A DNA stretch of 40,398 nucleotides from a virus (lineage: Duplodnaviria; Caudoviricetes), in IMG/VR virus record IMGVR_UViG_3300023059_000283, positions 1-40,398 of that record; one strand, written 5' to 3'. A program made the position numbers and the translations under genes. Under the pieces are notes generated by a model that was not told the DNA's origin, did no database searches, and saw only the letters and a program-made list of their open reading frames with translations. Shown here piece after piece: positions 25,201 through 34,100 of the stretch; position 1 is the first letter of the stretch; each line of letters opens with the position of its first letter.

Positions 25201-25955
25201 TCGGATACGGAATGCCAGCCCCTCAATCGGTGGCGCTGGTAGGTGGGACCTGGCTGACGGCAGACGGAGGCGCGGCGCTGTTCGACGGCAAGCCCGCGCG
25301 CCGGGCGCGCATCGCTCGCACCGGTGCGCTGTCCATCAATATCACCCTGGCTGAGGCTGTTGTGCCGGGCATCGTGGCCGTGCTGGGCCTCAACGTGCCA
25401 GCCGGCGTCACCGTGCGGGCGGCGGGTGCCATCGGCCAGACCGTACGCCTGCCGACCGGGACCGTATGTGCATGGCTCTTCCCGACCGGCACGGCCGCGG
25501 TCAGCAGTGTGGCGGTACAGATCGAAACCACGGTGGCCAACGTGGAGGTGGGGGAGATCGCGATCTTCCGGACGGTGGACGTTGGAATCACGGATGGATG
25601 GGCAGTGGCGCCGATCGACGCCAGCACCCACACGCGGACCAAGGGCGGGCAGGTGAACACGGTAGCCGGTGCCGTGTACCGCCGCCTGACCGCGACGCTG
25701 TCGGGCCGCGCGACGGCAGTGGTGCGCAAGGGCGGCCTGGCCGGAACGGACTGGGAGACGCTGGCAATGGCGATGGCGGGGCGCCAGCGCGCATGTGTCG
25801 TGCCGCAATACCGCGACATTCAGACCAAGGCGTTCGATCCGGTTCTGGCCGCGCGCGCTGCGATGTACGGCCACGCCACTCAGCTGCCCTCGGCCGAGAA
25901 CATCAGCCGGCAGTATTTCAGCGGATACATGGAGTTTGAAGAGATCCCATCGTAG
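25194..25955 (+). CDS. Putative distal tail / minor tail protein
   Basis: Beta-rich 253 aa; D.S...RT.GGQ...RRL..TL and terminal FEEI pattern of Dit-like proteins. Confidence 0.6.
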   Translation: MLIGYGMPAPQSVALVGGTWLTADGGAALFDGKPARRARIARTGALSINITLAEAVVPGIVAVLGLNVPAGVTVRAAGAIGQTVRLPTGTVCAWLFPTGTAAVSSVAVQIETTVANVEVGEIAIFRTVDVGITDGWAVAPIDASTHTRTKGGQVNTVAGAVYRRLTATLSGRATAVVRKGGLAGTDWETLAMAMAGRQRACVVPQYRDIQTKAFDPVLAARAAMYGHATQLPSAENISRQYFSGYMEFEEIPS

Positions 25956-25965
25956 CGATATCCGA

Positions 25966-25994
25966 TTGAGCCGATTTCCTGCCGCTGGCATCAT
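25966..25994 (+). promoter_or_regulatory. Moron promoter
   Basis: TTGAGC-N17-CATCAT upstream of 26018. Confidence 0.5.
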
Positions 25995-26017
25995 GGGCGG
26001 AAAACTCAGGGGACGAG

Positions 26018-26641
26018 ATGAAGAACTACGCAATTCTCACGGCTCTCTTGCTCGTGGCGGCGCCCGCTTACGCGCGCCAAGCACAGGAGCCGGGCTACGG
26101 AGCGCCGCCAACGTACGGTGAAGCCGTTGAAACCGCATTCATGGGCATTGGAGGCCTCCTGCGTGACCCAGCGAATATGTACGGGTTTGCTATCAGTCGT
26201 CCATATGCCACTTGCATGAGCCGCGGGCATCCAGGCCGTTCAGACGTCTGTGGTTACCGCATGTGCGTAATCTTGAATGCAAGAAATGGCTTTGGTGGGT
26301 ACGTTGGCTTCAGAACCTACACCTTGATTTCGACGCCGCATCGAGGCTCCTTCTATTGGGAGGGCGGTTGCGAAGTGTCTGAGCCTTGGGTAGGGGACCC
26401 GCCAGTCGACGTCCGAGAATTCTGTGTGGACAATCCAAAGCACAGTGCGTGCAAGGATGGGTTCAAAGAGGAATTCAAAGCGCCTACGCTCGAAATGAGT
26501 GTCGCCAGACCTGCGTGGATGAGTAGAGGCGACGAGAAGGGAAAGTCAGAGGTTGTGGCGACATGCAGTGACGAGTTTAAAGATCAGCTGAGAGCCAAAG
26601 GGATGTCCTACAAGGACATCGCCGACGTATGTAGCGACTGA
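26018..26641 (+). CDS. Secreted/periplasmic moron protein (LxDP...NxxNxFGGYxG family)
   Basis: Signal peptide ending AYA; several Cys; LRDP and NARNGFGGYVG motifs; own promoter and terminator; lower GC. Confidence 0.75.
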   Translation: MKNYAILTALLLVAAPAYARQAQEPGYGAPPTYGEAVETAFMGIGGLLRDPANMYGFAISRPYATCMSRGHPGRSDVCGYRMCVILNARNGFGGYVGFRTYTLISTPHRGSFYWEGGCEVSEPWVGDPPVDVREFCVDNPKHSACKDGFKEEFKAPTLEMSVARPAWMSRGDEKGKSEVVATCSDEFKDQLRAKGMSYKDIADVCSD

Positions 26642-26663
26642 TCTACCCACCACCGGTTTACCT

Positions 26664-26690
26664 AAGGCCCGCCATGTGCGGGCCTTTTTT
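26664..26690 (+). terminator. Intrinsic terminator of the moron
   Basis: AAGGCCCGC-CATGT-GCGGGCCTT-TTTT. Confidence 0.85.
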
Positions 26691-26701
26691 ATGGACGGAA
26701 T

Positions 26702-29700
26702 ATGGCCCTTTATACGCTGACGGTTGATCTGCTGGCCGAAACAGGCAGCTTTGAGCGGGACTTGGGCAAGGCCGCCCGGGCATCTGATCGGTCGGCGCGG
26801 GCCATGCGCCAGATGCAGCGTGAGATGTCCGACAGCTTTGCCCAGGCCGCCCGCGACGCGAAGCTCTCTGTTACGAGCATAGATCTGAGCATGGCCACCT
26901 TAGCCAAAGGCTTCGGCGCGATCGGCGGTGGTGCGTTGCTCGGCAAGTTCATTTCCGAAACTGTTAATGCCCAGTACGAACTGGCACAGCTGAACGCGGC
27001 TTTGAAGTCAACAGGACAGGCCGCTGGCTTCAACAGCAAGCAGCTTGTTGAGATGGCTGACAAGATGGCGAAGGCGACGATTCACTCGTCGGGCGAGATC
27101 GTCAATGCGCAGACGCGCCTGCTGTCGTACACCGGCATCATTGGTGAGAACTTCCCTCGCGCGCTGCAGCTGGCGATCGATCAGTCGGTACGCCTAGGTG
27201 AGAACATTACGCAGTCCGCTGAGACCGTCGGCAAGGCGCTGGAATACCCGGCCGAGGGTGTCTCTGCGCTGACGAAGCAAGGCTTTAAGTTCACCGCGCA
27301 GCAGAAGGACATGCTGGCGTCGCTGGAGGCGGCCGGAAGGCTGGGCGAGGCGCAGGCCATCGTCATGGGCGTGATGGAAGAGTCCTATGCCGGCGCAGCC
27401 AAGGCCGCTCGCGAGACGCTGGGTGGAGCGCTCACCGGCCTGAAAGAGTCCTTCAACGACCTGCTGGGCAGCCAGGCACAGAGCGGTGGAATCGCTGCGG
27501 CTACCGCAGCGGTCAATTCTTTCGCCGAGAACCTCAGCGTGGTGGCAGCGGCCGCAGTTCCGCTCGGCGTAGGCTTGGGCGTGTTCTACGCTGGGGGCAA
27601 GCTGACCAAGGGCATCGCTGCACTGAATACGCTCTGGGCGACGAATGCGGTCGTGGCCAATCGCGCCTCAGTAGGCATGATGGGCATGGTCCCAGCAACT
27701 GTTCGCCTGACAGCGGCGCAGACCGCCGCCCGCGTTGCCGCGCAGGGATTGTCATCTGCTTACGCCGCACTTGGTGGCCCGGTGGGAATTGCCGCCGCCC
27801 TCGCCACTGCAGCGGCCGGTTGGTGGGTGATCCGCGACAGCACCAAGGATGCCGATAGCGCGCTCATCGATTTCAACGGAACGATGGATGACACCATCGA
27901 TAAGTTCCGCGAGCTGAACAAGCAGCAGCAAGCGGGCGAGATTCTGCGACTGCAGAAGGAAATGCAAGCGGGTTACGACGCGATCGCCAGCGCAATTGAT
28001 CGTATGTACGGCGTGGCGAACAGCGAGGTCGGTGGCATCCCCGCTCGTGAGTATGGCAAGGAGGTGCGCGCGCTGCGCGAGCAATTGCAGGCCGGGAAGG
28101 TCAGCGCGGATCAGTTCGCCGCTGAGCTCGCTAATGCCAATGCCAGGCTCTTGGAAGGTGCGCCCGCTGCGAAGCGGATTACCGAGAGGTTTGTTGAGCA
28201 GACAGCGTCAGCCGCCACTCTGGGCCTGAAATACGAGCAGCAAAATCAGCTGCTCGGCACGTTCATCGGCACCAGCAATGGAGCCGAACGGCAAACCGAT
28301 GCAACGACGGCAGCATTGAATCGCCAAGCAGTAGCTTCCAAGGCCGCTTCCGATGGGATCGACCAGCACCTGAAGTCGCTACAGTCCAGCATTGACGGCC
28401 AGCTCGTGAACCTCGTGCGCCTGAAGCAGGGCGCCGAGGCAGCCTTCATGGTTGACGTCGGGCAGAAGATCAACGCGGCCGGCGGCGCCGACAAGCTCAG
28501 CGCGGAGCAACGCGCTGAGTACAACAAGCAGATCGCGCTGGGGCTGAGCCTGATTCGTCAGACCGAGGTGGCCCAGAAGGCCGCGCAGTCTGCGAAGGCG
28601 GGTGACAAGGCGGCGATCAAGGAGCAGAAGGCCGCGACCGACGCGCTTGAGCGCTACCGCCAGCAGGCGGAGCTGGCCGCCGCGGCGATGAATGGCCCGC
28701 TCGACGAGGCGATGGCCAAGCACCTGCAGAACATGGCCGAGTACAACGCTGCGCTGGCCAAGGGCAATATCGCCCAGGCTGATGCCAACGTGCTGATGGC
28801 GCAGAGCGCGATGGAGTACGCCAAGGTGGCTGCGGAGGTGGATCGGGCCATTACGAGTCCGGAGGCCTTGCTTGCGACCATGGACGGCGAGCTGGCCGTG
28901 CTGGGCAAGATCGGGCGCGCGCGCGAGCTTTACCGTCGTCAGCTGCTCAATGAGCGGGACATGCGGCAGGAATTGCAGAAGGCGGTCGAGGCCGCCGGCG
29001 GCAAGGAAGCGCTGGCACTGGCCAAGGGAGCGGCGAGCTACGAAGAGTATGAGCGGTCGATGCTGGCTGCGGCTGATGCGTCTGCGGCGCTGTCACTGCG
29101 GGTTGAAGAGGCAGCGGCCAACGTCGAGGCATGGGCCAACGTGGTGGTCTACGGCGTCGGCGATGCCGCCGATGCGATGGCGGACTTCGTTGCCGGTGGG
29201 CTGCGCGACTTCAACGGCCTGTGGGATGACCTGAAGGACGTGGCCAAGCAGGGACTGCGCGACCTCGCGCGCCAGCTGCTGCAGCAGAAGCTGGTTATCC
29301 CGATCCAGACCCGGATCATGGAAGGCTTCAGCAACTGGGGTAGCCAGGGCGGCGGCTTCAGCATGCAGAGCATCATGGGGCTGTTCGGCGGGAACGGATC
29401 CGCCGCCGGTGGCCAGAACGTGGGTACGATCGCCGGGCTGTTGTCCAAGGGGCAGGGGCTGTTTAGTGCCGGATCTGCCGCGTCGAGTGGCGCCAACGCG
29501 GGCAGCCTCATGGGGTTCGGCAACAACGTTGCGGCACTCACCGGCGGCGGCGCTGCAGGTGGGGCCGCAGCAGCTGGCGCCGGTGCTGCCGGCTCGACCG
29601 CTGCGGCAGCGGTCCCGATCATCGGCTGGATCATCGCCGGCATGATGAAAAACGCAGAGCTGTTCGATCAGGGATGGGACATCGCCAACGGCGAGAGCTG

Positions 29701-31138
29701 GGCCGGCAAGATCGCAACGGCGGGCGCTGTCGGCTTGGCGGATAAGGGCTTCCGTGGCCTGGGCCTCAATGCCAAGACGGCATCGATTCTGTCCGGCTCC
29801 AGCATTCACGCAAAGCTGTTTGGTCGGAGCGCGCCCAAGGTCACCGGGCAGGGCATTACCGGCAGCTACGGTTTCGATGGGTTCGCCGGCCAGAGCTACG
29901 CCGATGTGAAGGCGAAGGGTGGCCTGTTCCGCAGCGACAAGAAGTGGACGCAGTACACCGGCCTGGACCCCAACATCGACCGCACGTTCGATATGGCCGC
30001 GCGCCAGGTGCGCGGGGCGACGACGGACCTCGCCAAGCAGCTGGGCGTTGACCTGACACAGCAGCTGGCTGGGGTCCGGGTAAGCCTGGGCAAGCTGACG
30101 CTGTCGGCCGACTCGACCGAGGCTAAGGCCCAGCTCGAAGCCTATCTGGGTGACATGACCGATCGCCTGTTCACCGAGGCAGTTCGGGTGGCCGGGTTCG
30201 GCAACCAGCTCGACGGCTACTACGAGTCGGCGGACGTGTTCTCCGCGCTGAGTGCATCGATCGCGCTGGCCGTCGGCAACGCCGACGAGCTGGGCCGGGC
30301 GCTCAACACCATGGAGATCGAGAAGGTCAACAAGGCGGTCGACTACTTCCAGGACCTGGCCGGCGTCGCCGGCACGGATCTGGCCACCCAGATCGAAAAG
30401 GTCACCGGGCTGCTGGGCAACTACGCCACGCTGATGGCCGACGTGTCCACGCAGCTGCTCACCTCCAACCTGACGCAGTACCAGTCGCAGGCGCTGACGA
30501 TCGAGCGCACCTACCGCCAGCAGGTGAAGGCGGCCAATGACTACGCCAAGGCGCTGGGCTTGTCAGGCGCCCGGGCGGAGGACCTGGCCAAGATCGAAGC
30601 GCTGCGGGCGACCAACATGGGCAAGCTGCAGGCCCAGATTGACGCCGACAAGAAGGCCATGAAGTACGGGCTGTCGATCAGCGACCTATCGCCGCTGACC
30701 GATCAGGAGAAGCTGCAGGAGACGATGCGCGAGCTGGAGCGCGCCGTATCCGGCGGCGACAGCAGCGCGGCGCAGGCGGCCGCACAGGCCGCGCTGGGCT
30801 TCGGTCGCAACCTCTACGCCAGTGGCCAGGACTACAACAGCCTCTACGGGCAGGTCACCGGCCTGGTTGACAGCATGAAGGTGGGCAACCTCGACCTCGA
30901 AGACGGAACCAGCATGGGCAAGCTGGCTGACGTGATCGAGGCGCTTCCGGACAACTTCAGCCGGGCGGTGTTCGACCTGGTGGTCGATGGAAAGGGCCAG
31001 GCCGAGACGACGGCGGCCGTGCAGCAGGGCAATACCCTGCTGGCCGAACAGAACCAGGTGCTCCGCGACCTTCTGCGCGTCACCACGTCCGGCGTACGCA
31101 CGAGCAACAGCGCGTCACTGCGCGAAGCGCTGAACTAA
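26702..31138 (+). CDS. Tail tape measure protein
   Basis: 1478 aa, Ala-rich helical; lambda H-like N-terminus LTVDLLAETGSFERDL; hydrophobic Gly/Ala segments. Confidence 0.95.
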   Translation: MALYTLTVDLLAETGSFERDLGKAARASDRSARAMRQMQREMSDSFAQAARDAKLSVTSIDLSMATLAKGFGAIGGGALLGKFISETVNAQYELAQLNAALKSTGQAAGFNSKQLVEMADKMAKATIHSSGEIVNAQTRLLSYTGIIGENFPRALQLAIDQSVRLGENITQSAETVGKALEYPAEGVSALTKQGFKFTAQQKDMLASLEAAGRLGEAQAIVMGVMEESYAGAAKAARETLGGALTGLKESFNDLLGSQAQSGGIAAATAAVNSFAENLSVVAAAAVPLGVGLGVFYAGGKLTKGIAALNTLWATNAVVANRASVGMMGMVPATVRLTAAQTAARVAAQGLSSAYAALGGPVGIAAALATAAAGWWVIRDSTKDADSALIDFNGTMDDTIDKFRELNKQQQAGEILRLQKEMQAGYDAIASAIDRMYGVANSEVGGIPAREYGKEVRALREQLQAGKVSADQFAAELANANARLLEGAPAAKRITERFVEQTASAATLGLKYEQQNQLLGTFIGTSNGAERQTDATTAALNRQAVASKAASDGIDQHLKSLQSSIDGQLVNLVRLKQGAEAAFMVDVGQKINAAGGADKLSAEQRAEYNKQIALGLSLIRQTEVAQKAAQSAKAGDKAAIKEQKAATDALERYRQQAELAAAAMNGPLDEAMAKHLQNMAEYNAALAKGNIAQADANVLMAQSAMEYAKVAAEVDRAITSPEALLATMDGELAVLGKIGRARELYRRQLLNERDMRQELQKAVEAAGGKEALALAKGAASYEEYERSMLAAADASAALSLRVEEAAANVEAWANVVVYGVGDAADAMADFVAGGLRDFNGLWDDLKDVAKQGLRDLARQLLQQKLVIPIQTRIMEGFSNWGSQGGGFSMQSIMGLFGGNGSAAGGQNVGTIAGLLSKGQGLFSAGSAASSGANAGSLMGFGNNVAALTGGGAAGGAAAAGAGAAGSTAAAAVPIIGWIIAGMMKNAELFDQGWDIANGESWAGKIATAGAVGLADKGFRGLGLNAKTASILSGSSIHAKLFGRSAPKVTGQGITGSYGFDGFAGQSYADVKAKGGLFRSDKKWTQYTGLDPNIDRTFDMAARQVRGATTDLAKQLGVDLTQQLAGVRVSLGKLTLSADSTEAKAQLEAYLGDMTDRLFTEAVRVAGFGNQLDGYYESADVFSALSASIALAVGNADELGRALNTMEIEKVNKAVDYFQDLAGVAGTDLATQIEKVTGLLGNYATLMADVSTQLLTSNLTQYQSQALTIERTYRQQVKAANDYAKALGLSGARAEDLAKIEALRATNMGKLQAQIDADKKAMKYGLSISDLSPLTDQEKLQETMRELERAVSGGDSSAAQAAAQAALGFGRNLYASGQDYNSLYGQVTGLVDSMKVGNLDLEDGTSMGKLADVIEALPDNFSRAVFDLVVDGKGQAETTAAVQQGNTLLAEQNQVLRDLLRVTTSGVRTSNSASLREALN

Positions 31139-31147
31139 GGATCCCCA

Positions 31148-34100
31148 ATGCAAGAACGGAAAATTACCCTGATCGATATCGGGGCGGGCGCGCTGCCGTC
31201 TGTCACCCCGGTGACGGCGCAGAACTCGTCATGGTTCCCGACGGTGTACGTGTCCGCAGAGACGCCGCCGGTGGACGGCGTGACACCCGAGCCGGTGGCC
31301 GACGGCGTTCTGATCGAGTGGGACGCCGTCGATCAGGCCGGGGTCGTCTACATCATCGAGCGGGGCGCCAGCCAGAACGGGCCGTGGACGGAGATTCACC
31401 GCACCACCGAAACCCGCTACCTCTACAGCGATGGCAGCGGGCAGAAGTGGTTCTTCCGAATCACAGCGTCCGTGCGGGGGAAACCGGGGCAGGGCACGGT
31501 GGTGGAGGCCACGCCCGCGCCGACCACCGCCGAGCTGATCGCCGCCCAGCAGAAGCTGGACAAGGAAATCGTGGACCGCGCGCTCGCCGATGCCAATGAG
31601 GCCGCGAGCCGCGTTCGCGATATCGCGCTGGTGAACGCCGGGCTGGTGCAGGAGGCGCAGACCCGCGTCACCCAGATCGGCCAGACCATGGACGCGGTCG
31701 CCACCGAGAGCCAAGCCCGCGCCACGCAGCTTCTCAACGAGAAGATGGAGCGCCAAGCTGCCATCACCGCGGTCAGCGAAACGCAGCAGAACGGATTCGA
31801 TTCGCTTTCCCGCGCGCTGTCCGAGGTCGCCGCTGGCAGCGGCACGCAGTTTGACAGCAAGACGATCTGGCACTTCACGACCACCGTCGAAGGGTGGGGC
31901 AGCAACGGCGGAGCGCCGGCTCTCAATGATGGCTGGCTCCGCCCGACCAACAACAGCGCATCCTACGCACAATCGCCTGCAGCCCTGGGGATCGACGGCA
32001 ACGCCTATCGCTTCATCAAGCTGCGCATGCGCAGGACCGGCAATCCGGTCTGGCTTGGCTTGGTCCGTTGGACGACAGAGGCTGATCAGGCTTGGAACGA
32101 TGGGAAGTCGAAAAAAGTCGCGCAGCCGGCCTTCGACGCTGCTGGCGTAGCCACCGTGGACATCAGCGATATTCCATGGTCTGGCCCGTCACCGATACGG
32201 CAGGTGCGTATCGCGCTCACCCGTGGCCAGACCGTCAACGACTATGTCGAGTACGACTACATCGCCATCGGTCGGCCCGCGCCAGGCGCTAGCGTAGCGC
32301 TGGTGCAGGAAGAGACGCAGGCCCGAGTGACTGCACTCGCGGCGGAGGCCAGCCAGCGCAACACGTTGGCCGTGCGCATGGTCGGCAGCTACACCGGCAC
32401 TGACCTCAGCCAGGCGCAGGGCTTTGTGGGTGACGAGCGCTCCGCGCGAGTGGCGGCCGACAGTGCACAGGTTCAGCGCATCAGCACGATGGAAGCACGG
32501 TTGCCTGCAGGAACAGGCCAGCTCGCAACCACCGCGGCGGTCACCCAGCTGCAAGAGGCGATGGTTGCCGCCGACCAGGCCAACTCCCAGGCAACAACGA
32601 CCGTCAACAGCAAGCTGACCGGGCTGCGTATGACTGGGGACAACATTGTCCCCAACAGCAACTTCGCCACCGGTATGGAGTGGTGGACCCGGACCGTTGG
32701 ACCTGCCGGCAACAGTATCGAGTGGGGCGCGGCCAGCGGTGACGGTGGGCCAGGCGTGGTGATTGGTCGGGGATCGACCGCATCCTCTCCTTGGATTGCA
32801 GCCAATGAGGCTGCCTGGCAGCCTGTGAAGGCACCTCGCCGGTTCAGGGCCATCTTCAAGGCTCGGGCGGTGGGCACGGGCGGCAATGTGCTGATGCGCC
32901 AGCATGTGCGCGACGCTGCGCTGGTGGAAGGCGTATCGGACGTGACTGTGGCGGTGACCAATACGGCATGGCAGCGCTACACCGTTGACTGGTCTGAGGT
33001 CGGGCCCACCCGCATTGAGGCGCGCTTCACCGCCTACGTGACCACGGTTGGCGCCACGGTTGCTTTCGACCGAATCGAGATCTACGACGTCACCGACCTG
33101 GTGGCAAACGAGCTGACGGCATCTGGTCTTCAGGCGCTGACGACGCGAACCAGCAGCATCGAAGGGATCCAGACTGCGCAAGCAACGTTGATCGGCCAAG
33201 TCCAGTCCGGCCTTGCTCAGACCAACGGCAACGTCACCGCCGCCCAGCAGGCCGCGCAGGCTGCAGCCGATGCCGCCGGAGCTAAAGGCAAGGTCATCTA
33301 TGGAGCGGCGACGCCGGCGGTCGCCGATCGCTTGCCGCAGAACCTGTGGATCGATTCCACTGGAAATGCCAATACGCCCAAGCGGTGGAACGGGACGGCG
33401 TGGGCTGCCGTCAGCGACAAGGTGGCTACGGATGCTGCCGCGGCTGCAGCGGCAGCGCAGCAGACCGCGAATGCGGCGCAGAGCCAGGCAACCGCCAACG
33501 CTGGTGCGCTCAGCACGCTCGACACAAAGGTCACACAGCAGGGTGCTGCACTGACGGCTCAGGGCGAAGCTATTACTGCCGTGAACATTCGTGCAGACGG
33601 GCTGGCAGCGGGTTTGGCCAACATCGGCGGAGACAACCTGCTGATCGACAGCAGTTTCGAGACCAGCACGAACGCGAACACGCCTGCGCCCAACTGGGCA
33701 TCGTCATCATCCGGCAGCGCGGTAGCAAGGTATGGGGTCAGCGACCTTCCGGGGTCTTCGCGCTTCCTCAGCATCAGCAGCACGCTGACCGGGGCGAGCT
33801 CCTACGTGGGTATCGAACCTGCGGTGGCAATGCGGCCCAAGGTAAAGGTGGGTGAATCCTATGTGTGGTCGATCTGGGCAAAGGGTACGCCTGGTGCCCT
33901 GTTCCGCATGTACACCCAGTATGTGAACGCAGCAGGCAGCCCGGTCAATACGGTCCAACAGGACTTCGTGCTGACCGACGCTTTTACGCGCTTCGTCATC
34001 AATCCCAGCCTCGCCGGAGAGGGAGCCGTCGCCGCCAGGGCCATCTGCAGAGTCTTCGGCTCAGCTGCAGGGAGCGCCCTTTACCAGTTGGACGTGGACA

